From: Lachnospiraceae bacterium
GTDB taxonomy: Bacteria; Bacillota; Clostridia; Lachnospirales; Lachnospiraceae
Assembly: GCA_020860185.1 (NCBI GenBank)
Contig: JAJBUT010000212.1
Coordinates: 1-40,679 of the forward strand
Reading direction: 5' to 3'
Length of the DNA stretch: 40,679 nt
Below the pieces are notes generated by a model. It saw nothing but the letters and a program-made list of their open reading frames with translations. It did not search any database and was not told the DNA's origin. The position numbers and the translations under genes were made by a program. Numbering within the stretch: position 1 is the first letter of the stretch; every line of letters begins with the position of its first letter. Below are positions 21,357-31,152 of the stretch, piece by piece.

Positions 21357-22328
21357 ATGCAGCAAATATCCTTTGATTCGATCAACCGGAAATTATCTAT
21401 TTCGGAAATGGCACAGATTCATGACATCAGCCGTCAAACCCTGATCTATTATGACAAGATCGGTCTGTTCCGACCGGCCATCATCGACGACGTAAACGGT
21501 TACCGCTATTACAGCACACTTCAGATCCCGCTGCTCAGAGAGATTTGTTTTTTGCGTTCCATCGGCATGTCCCTCGAGGATATCCGGAAACACAACGAGT
21601 ACAACACCTCCACCTCCACGATCGGACTTCTGGAATCTCAGAGGGACAAACTGACCAGACAGATGGAGACATTGCAGGAACAGATCCGTCAGATTGACAA
21701 GCGCGTGAATGTCTATCGCGATGCGAATGATTACGACAACGAAGACTATAAACCGACGATCACACATTTCCCGGACCGCTGGGTGCTCTACCACGAGTGG
21801 GAAGCGGACGACATGACGCGGCACGGCTATCATTTCTCTCTGATGCGGGTATGGAACGACGCCGAACGATACGATATTCTCCCCTCCAGACGATGGGGCA
21901 CACTGATCTTTAAAGATGAGGTCGAACGTGGAACCCCCTTGCATAATTGCGGCGCCTGTTGTATCATAGACGAAGATAAAATGCCCGATGTGCCGGGAAT
22001 GTATCTCTTAAAAGAGGGGGATTATGTCTGTATGCCGAAATACGGCATGTCCTTTAATGTAGAGCCTCTCGACAAACTGGTAAACTGGATCAGGGAAAAC
22101 GACTATGAGATCATCGGTGATATCTACGACGAATGTCTGCTTGACACCATTTTCTATGATGACGACCATGAGCTGGATTTCGGAGAGCTGCAGATTCCGA
22201 TACGCAAAAAAGAGGTATCTTCGATGAATTCCTTCTCGCAGATCGTGCGTGATCAATCCGACGAAAGGAGTCCCCATGGCTTATTACATCAACAAGAAAA
22301 ACAAAAAACCGGCAGAAGAACTGCCTGA
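21357..22328 (+). CDS. MerR-family transcriptional regulator with GyrI-like ligand-binding domain (BltR/BmrR type)
   Basis: ISEMA-x4-ISRQTLIYYDKIGLF-x-P...NGYRYY, LRSIGMSLEDI, coiled coil, GDY-x-C and ELQIPI; start may be 21321 or 21357. Confidence 0.92.
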   Translation: MQQISFDSINRKLSISEMAQIHDISRQTLIYYDKIGLFRPAIIDDVNGYRYYSTLQIPLLREICFLRSIGMSLEDIRKHNEYNTSTSTIGLLESQRDKLTRQMETLQEQIRQIDKRVNVYRDANDYDNEDYKPTITHFPDRWVLYHEWEADDMTRHGYHFSLMRVWNDAERYDILPSRRWGTLIFKDEVERGTPLHNCGACCIIDEDKMPDVPGMYLLKEGDYVCMPKYGMSFNVEPLDKLVNWIRENDYEIIGDIYDECLLDTIFYDDDHELDFGELQIPIRKKEVSSMNSFSQIVRDQSDERSPHGLLHQQEKQKTGRRTA

Positions 22329-22434
22329 GAAGAAAAAACTGAGCCGAACCATGCGTTCTTTTTACCAGATTCTCGGCTGTGTGATCGTACTCGTCATTGT
22401 ACTGATCATCTGGTTTGTACGCGGCGGTGAATAA
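22276..22434 (+). CDS. Small single-pass membrane protein (52 aa)
   Basis: SD AAAGGAG then ATG 22276; basic N-terminus and hydrophobic ILGCVIVLVIVLIIWFV; followed by a terminator. Confidence 0.65.
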   Translation: MAYYINKKNKKPAEELPEKKKLSRTMRSFYQILGCVIVLVIVLIIWFVRGGE

Positions 22435-22465
22435 GAATTCTACAGGCAGTTCTGAAAAACCTGAC

Positions 22466-22498
22466 ATCCCCGACACCACTGTGCCGGGGTATTTTTTT
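22466..22498 (+). terminator. Intrinsic terminator after the merR/small ORF unit
   Basis: CCCCGACAC / GTGCCGGGG imperfect stem followed by a T7 run. Confidence 0.65.
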
Positions 22499-22571
22499 GC
22501 ATAGAAAAAACGTCCGCAGGGACGCTTTTTCTATTACTGAGGGTATACAAATTTTAGATAATTATCTTATA

Positions 22572-23540
22572 TTATTTCCCTGATTTTCTCTTTCCGAACA
22601 TATCGATCGCCACGACCGCGACAAGCACCGCGCCGATGACAATGTTCTGTACCGAGGAGGTCACGCCCATGATGTTCAGTCCGGTACTGATGACACAGAT
22701 AACAAACGCGCCGACCACTGTCTTTGCGATCTTGCCTTCACCGCCGGAAAGACTGGTTCCGCCGATCGCCGCCGCCGCAATCGCGAGAATATTGTATCCG
22801 CCGTCGGCAATGTTCGGGCTTCCGGTCCGCAGCCGGGATGCCAGCACCAGTCCGGCAATCGCTGCCGCAAGTCCGTTTAATGTAAAGATCAGAATGTTAT
22901 ATCTGTCTACATTCACTCCGGAAAGTCTGGCGGTCTGCTCGTTGCTGCCGATCGCGTATGTATAGCGGCCGAGCTTCGTATTCCGGATCAGATAAAAGCA
23001 GATCACGAAGAAGATGATCGCCACAATAAACTGGGAAGGAATGATACCGATGGTCTTCGAACCCCAGAAAGTAAACTGTACCGCCGCGTTTTCATTGTCC
23101 GCGATACGGATGGACGTCTCGCGTGTGATGACCAGAGCCAGACCGCTGGCTGCATACATCATACCCGCCGTCATAATGAAGAACGGCACCTTCAGCTTCG
23201 CGATGCATACACCGTTGACAAATCCGCAGGCGAGACCGATCGCTATGCCGACCAGGGATGCCGGAATCGGCGTCATGCCTGCCTGCATGCAGATAGAAGC
23301 CGCGCAGCCCACCAGCGCTGCGATCGAACCGATGGAGAGATCGATCTTACCGCTGATCATGACAAAGGTCATGCCGCAGCCGAACAGAATGTAGACCGCT
23401 CCCGTCCGCAGCAGACTCGTCAGGTTGCTCAGCGAGAAGAATCCGCTCCCGGCGACCGAGAAAAGTACGACAAGAGCCACCAAGATAATATACACGCCGA
23501 ATTTGTCGTATATCTGTTTCCCCTTTGATACGTTGTTCAT
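22572..23540 (-). CDS. CUT2 (ribose-type) sugar ABC transporter permease
   Basis: GMTFVMISGKIDLSIGS, GRYTYAIGSNEQTARLSG and IGGTSLSGGEG. Confidence 0.92.
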   Translation of the reverse strand: MNNVSKGKQIYDKFGVYIILVALVVLFSVAGSGFFSLSNLTSLLRTGAVYILFGCGMTFVMISGKIDLSIGSIAALVGCAASICMQAGMTPIPASLVGIAIGLACGFVNGVCIAKLKVPFFIMTAGMMYAASGLALVITRETSIRIADNENAAVQFTFWGSKTIGIIPSQFIVAIIFFVICFYLIRNTKLGRYTYAIGSNEQTARLSGVNVDRYNILIFTLNGLAAAIAGLVLASRLRTGSPNIADGGYNILAIAAAAIGGTSLSGGEGKIAKTVVGAFVICVISTGLNIMGVTSSVQNIVIGAVLVAVVAIDMFGKRKSGK

Positions 23541-23565
23541 AAAATCCTCCTACTATCGCCGGAAA

Positions 23566-25083
23566 CTAAATATCCAGCATCAATTTCAACATCTTTTCTT
23601 TCAGGTTGTCCTCTCCCTCAGAGAACTCGCCGACCTTTTTGCCCTCGCGCATCACGATGATGCGGTTGCACAGTCCGATCAGTTCATCCTCCTCCGAGGA
23701 AATCACAATGACTCCGATATGCTGCTTCACGAGATCCTGAATGAGCTGATAAAAATCCGCTCGGGCTCCTACATCCACGCCCCGGGTCGGCTCATCCAGC
23801 AGCAGCAGCTTTGAGTTCGTCATCAGCCACTTCGCCAGGCAGACCTTCTGCTGGTTTCCGCCGCTCAGATTCTCAATTCTCTGCTCCATGCCTGTCGTTT
23901 TTATTTTCAAACTGTCAATCAGTTTATTTACGCCATCTTTCTCCTGACCGTTTCGGATATGAAGTCCTTTCCCGAGAGACAACATACTCGGCAGGCTCAT
24001 ATTCTCGCGAATCGGGCGCACCGCCAGGATACCTTCGACCTTCCGGTCCTCGCTAACATAACCTATGCCCTGACGCACCGCGTCCACCGGGCTTTTGACA
24101 TCCAGTTTTCTGCCTTCAAAAACAAACTCACCCTCATCCAGATCATAACAACCGAAAATCGTCTTCGCAATCTCGGTTCTCCCCGCTCCTGCCAGACCGG
24201 CAAAGCCGAGGATCTCACCCTCTTTTAACTGAAAACTCACATTCTCATATAAACCCTTACTGGTCACGTTCTTCGCCTCGAAGATCACCTCTCCCTCGTG
24301 ATGAAACTTCTCCGGAAACTGATTCGTATTCTCGGAACCGACGATACCGGCGAGCAGCCTCTGATTATTCACATTCGCAATGTCGTCGGAAAAGATCAGT
24401 TTTCCGTCCCGCAGTAATGTGATCCGGTCACAGATCTGATAAACCTCCGACATACGATGCGTGATATACACCATACCGACGCCCTTTTCCTTCAGACGGC
24501 CGATCAGAGCAAACAGAATCTCTGTCTCCTGCATCGTCAGGGAGGATGTCGGCTCATCAAAGATGATGACGTTGGAATTCAGATTCAGCGCACGCGTGAT
24601 CTCGATCATCTGCTGCGTCGCGACCGGCAGGTCGCCGGCTCTGGCGTCCAGATCAAAATCAACGCCCACCTCATCCATAACCTCTTTCGCGCGTTTGCGC
24701 ATCGCCTTCCAGTCGTAGATACCCCTGTTCACGATCTCATTCGCGATGAAGATATTCTCCAGCACGCTCAGGTGCGGAAGGATATTCAGCTCCTGAAACA
24801 CCATGGCAATGCCGTCCAGCTGAGCGTCATGTACCGTTCCCTTCAGCGGGATCACACGGCCGTTGTGCGCGATCGTTCCGCTGTCCGGCAGGTATACACC
24901 CGCAAGAACCTTCATCAGGGTGGATTTCCCGGCACCGTTCGCTCCCATCAGCGCATGAACCTCCCCCGCGCGGAGATCGAAATCCACATCATGCAGCACC
25001 TGTGTCCCGGCGAAAGATTTGCAGATGTCCGTCATCTTCAGTATTTCTTTCCCGACCTGCTCCGGTCTTTTTTCATTTCCCAT
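23566..25083 (-). CDS. CUT2 sugar ABC transporter ATP-binding protein (RbsA/MglA-like, two NBDs)
   Basis: GANGAGKST, FDEPT, EDRK, LSGGNQQK and LDEPTRGVDVGA. Confidence 0.95.
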   Translation of the reverse strand: MGNEKRPEQVGKEILKMTDICKSFAGTQVLHDVDFDLRAGEVHALMGANGAGKSTLMKVLAGVYLPDSGTIAHNGRVIPLKGTVHDAQLDGIAMVFQELNILPHLSVLENIFIANEIVNRGIYDWKAMRKRAKEVMDEVGVDFDLDARAGDLPVATQQMIEITRALNLNSNVIIFDEPTSSLTMQETEILFALIGRLKEKGVGMVYITHRMSEVYQICDRITLLRDGKLIFSDDIANVNNQRLLAGIVGSENTNQFPEKFHHEGEVIFEAKNVTSKGLYENVSFQLKEGEILGFAGLAGAGRTEIAKTIFGCYDLDEGEFVFEGRKLDVKSPVDAVRQGIGYVSEDRKVEGILAVRPIRENMSLPSMLSLGKGLHIRNGQEKDGVNKLIDSLKIKTTGMEQRIENLSGGNQQKVCLAKWLMTNSKLLLLDEPTRGVDVGARADFYQLIQDLVKQHIGVIVISSEEDELIGLCNRIIVMREGKKVGEFSEGEDNLKEKMLKLMLDI

Positions 25084-25103
25084 TAAATCCAGCCTTTCTG
25101 AAC

Positions 25104-25129
25104 ACCGGCCGGCACGAAGGCCGGCCGGT
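25104..25129 (-). other. GC-rich hairpin between SBP and ATPase genes (probable mRNA stabiliser)
   Basis: ACCGGCCGGC / GCCGGCCGGT perfect stem without U-tract. Confidence 0.55.
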
Positions 25130-25159
25130 AAAATCCATGCTCAGTTAAAACAAACCGAT

Positions 25160-26341
25160 TTACAGAGCGTCAAACAGTTCATTACCCTTGTCGATGAACT
25201 CCCACATATAATCAGATACGGACTCTACATCGGTACCCATGGTCCACTCAGCCAGTTCCTCGCCGTGAGGCAGGTACTCGTCAATATTCTCGCTGGTAAC
25301 AATAGTGTCCGGTGTAAAGGTATACAGACTGTATACATCATCGTCATAGTTCGGCTGATACTCCCACTCGCTCGAATCCGTGCCGTTGATCAGATCGTAA
25401 GCCTGATATACCGCGTAATAGCCCTGAAGGATAGACCAGTCGTATGCGGATGCGTACAGCTTGCCCTCGTCGATGGACTGCAGTGCCAGGAGGTTTCCGT
25501 CAATGCCGGCCACGAGAACACCGTCCTCGCCGACCTCAATGCCGTTCTCCTCAAGTGCGGTGACCGCGCCCACTGCCATCAGGTCGTTGCAGCAGAGAAC
25601 GATGTCGATATCGCTGTGCGCCTGGATCAGATCGGACATGGTGGTTGTCGCGGTATCCTGGTCATAGCTGGCGCTCTGGGAATCGAGAACCGTCACATTA
25701 TCATACTCAGCGATCGCGCGCTCAAATCCGGCTGTCCGCTCGATGGAGGAGCTTGCCGCGTCCACACCGCGCAGGATGATAACATTGCCTTCGCCGCCGG
25801 CCGCGTCAATGACTGTCTTCGCCAGCTCATAAGCCATCTCCTCGTGGTCTACACCGATGTAGTTCGGCATATAGTCGTCAATCTCATCGCCCCACACATT
25901 CGTGATCTCGGTATCCACCGTCACAAACGGGATACCCGCGTCATGCGCCGCGTCAACCGCACCGGATACACCGTCGGAATCATTCGCCGTCAGAATCAGG
26001 GCGTCCACACCGGCAGAGATCATGTTCTCACACTTCGTAACCTGTCCGTCTACATCAGACTCAGTCGTCGTGTTGTCCACTCTCACCTCAACGCCGAGCT
26101 CCTGTCCCGCCAGAACCGCGCCGTACGCGATATCCTGGAAATGAGCATTCGTCGCGGTCTTAACAACGATACCGATCGTAAGGTCGGAATCAGCCGTGGA
26201 AGTCTCAGCCGCGCTACTGCTCTCGTCCGCTGCCGAACCGTCGTTCGTGCTGTCTGAGCTCGAGCTGCCGCAGGCCGCCAGGCTCATTGCCATCGCGCCA
26301 ATCACCGCGATGGAGAGAATTTTTGTCATTCTTTTCTTCAT
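25160..26341 (-). CDS. Sugar ABC transporter substrate-binding lipoprotein (RbsB-like)
   Basis: Lipobox LAAC, NAHF, GIPFVTVD, ERTAGF, NDLMAVGA and GIDG; ATG 26341 after AAGGAGG. Confidence 0.92.
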   Translation of the reverse strand: MKKRMTKILSIAVIGAMAMSLAACGSSSSDSTNDGSAADESSSAAETSTADSDLTIGIVVKTATNAHFQDIAYGAVLAGQELGVEVRVDNTTTESDVDGQVTKCENMISAGVDALILTANDSDGVSGAVDAAHDAGIPFVTVDTEITNVWGDEIDDYMPNYIGVDHEEMAYELAKTVIDAAGGEGNVIILRGVDAASSSIERTAGFERAIAEYDNVTVLDSQSASYDQDTATTTMSDLIQAHSDIDIVLCCNDLMAVGAVTALEENGIEVGEDGVLVAGIDGNLLALQSIDEGKLYASAYDWSILQGYYAVYQAYDLINGTDSSEWEYQPNYDDDVYSLYTFTPDTIVTSENIDEYLPHGEELAEWTMGTDVESVSDYMWEFIDKGNELFDAL

Positions 26342-26677
26342 AAATATCCTCCTTTTATGAATGGCATTATTTATACAGATTGCCATCTTTGATGGCAATA
26401 GTATATCATTTTTGATTTTTTCCGGTTATTCAACCGAATTTACTAATTATGAATAAATGAAATGATTGTACCCCGGAAAAACACGGTTTGAATTCATCCG
26501 GTTTTTTATCGGTTTTTGCCCGGTATACCAGATGTATTTTTCTGATATTAAAAAAAGCTACTGATATTTCAGTAACTTTTCACAAAATCTTTCTGATAAT
26601 TTTATTTGATTTATACAAAGGCAATCCATATTTATACCGTTTCCACTTACATATAACTTTTTCTTTACAGAAACTAT

Positions 26678-27373
26678 TCAATATCCATCTGGGGAAAAGC
26701 CCTGTTCACACATGTCAATCGTCCGGCGGATCAGCGCAACCGTGCTCTCCACCGGATAACCGAACAGCAGTCCGGTCACCGCAAGCTCCTCCTCGCCCAG
26801 GCAGTTGTGAAGCTCAATCGGACACTCCTCCTCGTGGCCGAACCAGGACATCTCCCGCTGAAAAAAATCCCGCATTTTCTCTCTGTCCAGATGTACCTCA
26901 CAGGAATCATAGACAGCCAGAATCTCTTCGAGATTAAAATAATCTCCCAGGGTGCCCTTCCTGCTGATATAGAGCATAAACTCGTACTCCTGTATGTGAT
27001 ACGGATAGCAGTAAAATGCATCTCCGACCTCGGCCAGAATCCGCATGTAATCATCGCCGGACTCCGGATAGATCGTCGCAGCCAGCTTCTTTCCGTTCTG
27101 CACCGACTCATTCATATAGGAGACAACCGGAATCGGGCCATAATTGTTGCTGCAGCAAATCAGGTTATACCAGCTCAGCCACGGACTCTCATACTCCGCA
27201 CGCACCGGAAAAAAGATCTGCTTGCAGACCACCGGTCCCGCGCCTGACCGCTGAAACTCATAGGTGAGGGTGACCGTCACCTCATCCCCCTCCTGTTCAC
27301 GATACAGCGAAAAAGTCAGCGGCTCTCCCCCCATATCATACTCCTGTTCAAAAATCAGATCCTTTACTGCCAT
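26678..27373 (-). CDS. Hypothetical protein (231 aa)
   Basis: Acidic globular-looking ORF overlapping the GntR stop by 10 nt; C-terminal GLLFGYP; no family recognised. Confidence 0.7.
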   Translation of the reverse strand: MAVKDLIFEQEYDMGGEPLTFSLYREQEGDEVTVTLTYEFQRSGAGPVVCKQIFFPVRAEYESPWLSWYNLICCSNNYGPIPVVSYMNESVQNGKKLAATIYPESGDDYMRILAEVGDAFYCYPYHIQEYEFMLYISRKGTLGDYFNLEEILAVYDSCEVHLDREKMRDFFQREMSWFGHEEECPIELHNCLGEEELAVTGLLFGYPVESTVALIRRTIDMCEQGFSPDGY

Positions 27374-28053
27374 ATGTTGTACCTGCCGGTCACTAATTTA
27401 CTGATATAATACTTTTTGATGTACTGACTGTGCTCCCGCTCTGCGGCGATCGCGCCGTCCAGGTCACGGGCGAGAATCGCCTCGTAAATCTTATGATGCT
27501 GCTTCGTCGTCTCCTTGCCATGCTCCAGATCCTCGAAGGATGTGACGTCAAATCTGCGCTTCTGGTTCAGCAGCAGCTCGAACATCTTATCCAGCCATCG
27601 GTTGTGAACCGAATGGATGATAAAGCTGTGAAACTTCACATCCCAGTCCATCCGCTCAATCAGGTCTCCGACCTCCGACTCCTTCTCCGTCTCCTCCATG
27701 ATCTGGGTCAGCGTCCGGTCCGAGACCGCGTCATAGTTCTTAAGAGACACCTGCAGCGCATAGACCTGCAGCACCTCCAGCAGATCATAGACGCCCAGGA
27801 TATCCTCCAGCGTGTAAACCGGTACGACTATCCCCTTCCCCGGCTCCTCCGTCAGCAGCTCCTCACGCACCAGCTGGCGCAGCGCGTAACGCACCGGAGA
27901 ACGGCTTACATGGTAGGTCTCAGAGAGCTGACGCTCTACAAGGACAGTGCCCGGTTCATATTCATTGCGCAGGATCGCCTCCCGAAGCTGGTGATATACA
28001 GCCATCTCCTTCGTCATACCTGCGGTGCTATTCACATCTCCTGTTTTTCCCAT
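27364..28053 (-). CDS. GntR-family regulator (FCD subfamily)
   Basis: LREAIL-x4-PG-x2-L-x-E-x2-L, VSRSPVR, D-x2-FH and QHHKIYEAI. Confidence 0.92.
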   Translation of the reverse strand: MGKTGDVNSTAGMTKEMAVYHQLREAILRNEYEPGTVLVERQLSETYHVSRSPVRYALRQLVREELLTEEPGKGIVVPVYTLEDILGVYDLLEVLQVYALQVSLKNYDAVSDRTLTQIMEETEKESEVGDLIERMDWDVKFHSFIIHSVHNRWLDKMFELLLNQKRRFDVTSFEDLEHGKETTKQHHKIYEAILARDLDGAIAAEREHSQYIKKYYISKLVTGRYNIWQ

Positions 28054-28090
28054 ACCTCAACCTGCTCCTTTTATCTGTCATTCATATATC

Positions 28091-29044
28091 TCAGCCGCCA
28101 ATCTGATTCATATAGCGATTCGTCTCGCTCACATTCCCATATGTCAGTTTAACATGCTGTGCAGGTTTGTCAAGGATGGATTTTCTCATCGCGTCCGCAA
28201 GCGCCTCGCCATGGAGCCCTCTCACCACGACCTCGTCCCTTGAATGAAGGCAGGGTTTGATCCTGCCGTCACAGGTCAGCCGGATCCGGTTGCAGGCCAG
28301 ACAGAAATGCTGATTCACCGCACTGATGATACCGATCCTGCCGCGCCCATCCGGGAACGAATACATCCGCGCCACGCCGGAATCATCCATCGGAACGAGC
28401 TCCGGCACCTTTTCCAGCACCAGATCCCCCTTCACAAAGGCATGCTTCGGGAAGGAAGCGCAGGCGCCGATCGGCATCAGCTCGATAAACCGGACCTCCA
28501 CATCTCCGTCCCGCGCCAGATTCACAAAATCAACGATCTCATCGTCGTTAAAACCGCCGATCAGCACCGTATTCAGCTTGATCGGAACCAGACCCGCCTC
28601 CCGCGCCCGGTCGATCCCCTCAATCACCTCGGAGAACTTTCCCCGCCGCGTGATTCGGGTATATTTTTCAGTCTGCAGCGTATCTAGACTGATATTCAGG
28701 CGGGCAACGCCGGCATCGCGCAGTGCATATGCCATCTCCGCCAGCATAATCCCGTTGGTCGTAAGCGCAAGCTCCTTCACCCCGGGAATGGCTGAAATCC
28801 TCCGGCAGATATCGATCACATCCGGTCGGATCAGCGGCTCACCGCCTGTCACACGAATTTTCGATATACCTGCCGCGACAGCCGCCTCCGTAATCTCCAC
28901 AATCTCATCCGCGCTCATCAGGTCGGTGTTCGAGGAGATACAGTCGGTCCGCTTGTCCGGCATACAGTACAGACAGCGCAGGTTGCACTCATCCGTAATC
29001 GAAATCCTCATATAAGTGATGTCTCTTCCGTATTTGTCTCTCAT
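28091..29044 (-). CDS. moaA: GTP 3',8-cyclase MoaA
   Basis: RISITD-x-CNLRCLYC, TGGEP, NISLDTL, RFIELMP, FC-x2-CNRIRLT...PC and terminal IGG. Confidence 0.97.
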   Translation of the reverse strand: MRDKYGRDITYMRISITDECNLRCLYCMPDKRTDCISSNTDLMSADEIVEITEAAVAAGISKIRVTGGEPLIRPDVIDICRRISAIPGVKELALTTNGIMLAEMAYALRDAGVARLNISLDTLQTEKYTRITRRGKFSEVIEGIDRAREAGLVPIKLNTVLIGGFNDDEIVDFVNLARDGDVEVRFIELMPIGACASFPKHAFVKGDLVLEKVPELVPMDDSGVARMYSFPDGRGRIGIISAVNQHFCLACNRIRLTCDGRIKPCLHSRDEVVVRGLHGEALADAMRKSILDKPAQHVKLTYGNVSETNRYMNQIGG

Positions 29045-29068
29045 GTAATGGTTGTCTCCTGTCAGGTT

Positions 29069-29125
29069 AGGAACTGTCCTGAAATAACCTGCGCCAGATG
29101 TGTATATTATTTCAGGACGGTTCCT
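29069..29125. other. Long intergenic stem-loop between moeA and moaA
   Basis: 19-bp inverted repeat AGGAACTGTCCTGAAATAA / TTATTTCAGGACGGTTCCT with one mismatch. Confidence 0.7.
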
Positions 29126-29143
29126 TAGTAGCGAATTATAACA

Positions 29144-30361
29144 CTAAATAATATATGCGTCCAGCATGGTTCCCGCTTTTACCGCACCGCTTTCTGCTGG
29201 AATGACTGCAAAGATCCCCGTGCCCTTCATCGCACTGACGCTGCCGTTCTCCTGATGCTGATTCAGATGAAAAAGGGCATTGCCATCCTCCAGACTCAGA
29301 CCGCCTTTTAACACACGAAGCACCGGACTCTTCTTTTTGAAGGTCTCCGCCAGGCAGACACGGATCTTCTGAAGCATATAATCATTCCTGCCGCAGATCT
29401 TTCGCAGAGCGGGAACCGCAACCAGGTGGAATGTCGTCATGGCAGCGGACGGATTCCCGGACAATCCGAAGACAGGGACTCCCTTTAAAACCGCAAGACA
29501 GCAGGAGGAGCCGGGCTTCATCCGTATTTTGTCGACCAGAATCTCCGCGCCGGCGCGTTCCAGCGCATCCTTTGTGTAATCATATGTACCGACGGAAACG
29601 CCTCCCGTCATGATCACCGCGTCATACATACTGACCGCAGTCTGCAAAAACTCTGAAATCCGCTCCATCTGATCCGGGACAATCCCCAGATAGATGGACG
29701 GGAGATTCTCACGCTTCAGTGCCGAGTGAAGCATATATCGATTTGAATTATATATTTTCCCTGACTGTAATGTCTCGCCCGGATCCAGCAGCTCATTACC
29801 CTGTGAAATGATACCGATCAACGGAACGCGGTATACCTCCACCGCAGAAATCCCCTGCGACGCAATCATACCGTGGATAGCCTCATCCACAACCGTCCCC
29901 TTCGGAGCAATCACTTCAGAAAAACGAACATCCTCGCCCCTGCGCACGACATTATCCCCCGCGTGAAAACTCTGAAAGATAGTCACATATCCGTCCGCAG
30001 CGATCGTATCCTCAAACTTCACCACCGCATCCGCTCCCTCCGGGATCGGTGCTCCGGTCAGAATCTTCACAGCGTAGCCGTGCTTTAATGTTTTGTGAGA
30101 AACTGACCCTGCCGGAATCTCCTCCGCGACAGCCAGTCTGACCGGCTTCTCTCCGGATACCGACTGTGTATCAGCTGCGTGAAACGCATATCCGTCCAGA
30201 GGGGATTTGTCAAACAGGGGCACATCATACCGCGCTTTCAGGTCAACAGCCAGGACCCGGCCGGACGCCTTGTCGACAGGAACCACCTCCGTATCCAGAC
30301 ATCTGCACCGCTCCAGCATCAGCGCAAGAGCGTCATCCAGATCAAATACATAATTTTTCAT
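29144..30361 (-). CDS. moeA: Molybdopterin molybdotransferase MoeA
   Basis: P-x-FDKS-x2-DGYA, ILTGAPIPEGADAVV, GEDV, YNSN, TGGVSVG-x2-D, KPG and LSGNP. Confidence 0.95.
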   Translation of the reverse strand: MKNYVFDLDDALALMLERCRCLDTEVVPVDKASGRVLAVDLKARYDVPLFDKSPLDGYAFHAADTQSVSGEKPVRLAVAEEIPAGSVSHKTLKHGYAVKILTGAPIPEGADAVVKFEDTIAADGYVTIFQSFHAGDNVVRRGEDVRFSEVIAPKGTVVDEAIHGMIASQGISAVEVYRVPLIGIISQGNELLDPGETLQSGKIYNSNRYMLHSALKRENLPSIYLGIVPDQMERISEFLQTAVSMYDAVIMTGGVSVGTYDYTKDALERAGAEILVDKIRMKPGSSCCLAVLKGVPVFGLSGNPSAAMTTFHLVAVPALRKICGRNDYMLQKIRVCLAETFKKKSPVLRVLKGGLSLEDGNALFHLNQHQENGSVSAMKGTGIFAVIPAESGAVKAGTMLDAYII

Positions 30362-30367
30362 TTATCC

Positions 30368-30973
30368 TTACTCTCCCATTGCCAGTGATTGTCCGACAGA
30401 ATAAGCGTGCGTTTTCAATCCGCGATTGTTTTCCGCCGCTTCAGGGTCATTTCCCCCGACACAGACAATCCGTTTCTCATCTGCAAAACCAAACCCGGGG
30501 AAGACGGCTGCAAGATAATCAAAATACATGGAAAACATATTCGGATCTTCATTGTCCTGCGTATAGACCGTGACAATCTTCTTCTGTCCGTACCTCGGAG
30601 TGCCGTCCAACCCAATTAATGGAAAAAGCCTGTCATACAGGTTTTTCACCATACCGCTCACCTGCATAAAATAAACCGGGGATCCTATTACTACAGCATC
30701 CGCATCCTTTACTTCTTTCAAGGCTTTGCTGAGCTCATCGTCCACCAGACAACACCAGTCTTTTTTAGCCACATCATACTTATCTTCTACCATAGTACCT
30801 TCTCCGACACGACAGGCAAAACAACCCTGACAGGCCATAGCACGCATCTTGAACAACGTATAACTTTTAACTTCAGCATTATGCTCTTTTGCGCCGCGCT
30901 CAATCATTTGCAGAATCGTGGCTGTATTGCCGTCCATTCTTGGACTCCCATTAAATATTACTACTTTTTTCAT
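30368..30973 (-). CDS. Flavodoxin-like NAD(P)H-dependent FMN reductase / iron-sulfur flavoprotein
   Basis: NGSPR-x2-GNT, CQGCFAC...C, ADAVVIGSPVYF and K-x3-DR. Confidence 0.88.
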   Translation of the reverse strand: MKKVVIFNGSPRMDGNTATILQMIERGAKEHNAEVKSYTLFKMRAMACQGCFACRVGEGTMVEDKYDVAKKDWCCLVDDELSKALKEVKDADAVVIGSPVYFMQVSGMVKNLYDRLFPLIGLDGTPRYGQKKIVTVYTQDNEDPNMFSMYFDYLAAVFPGFGFADEKRIVCVGGNDPEAAENNRGLKTHAYSVGQSLAMGE

Positions 30974-31108
30974 GTACTGTCTCCTTCATAAATGATCGGG
31001 AGTCACCGGACATCACATCGCACGGCAAATATCCCTTTATAACGCAAACAAATGTCAGCAAGAATACATCAAAGAAAAGATGCATCCCCCGACACTTTGT
31101 TTACAAAT

Positions 31109-31138
31109 CGTGCCCATGCCTCTGACAGCATGGGCACG
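31109..31138 (-). terminator. Stem-loop after bthL (terminator with weak U-tract)
   Basis: CGTGCCCATGC / GCATGGGCACG perfect 11-bp stem, 14 nt past the stop codon. Confidence 0.7.
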
Positions 31139-31152
31139 CAAACCGAATCCTT

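Noticed and set aside
25019-26257. 412-aa plus-strand ORF
   Set aside because: Antisense shadow of the sugar-binding lipoprotein gene
22572-26341. Sugar ABC transporter as part of the polyphenol regulon
   Set aside because: No CTGTATAG dyad or GAGTAGAG seen upstream; the substrate cannot be assigned from sequence
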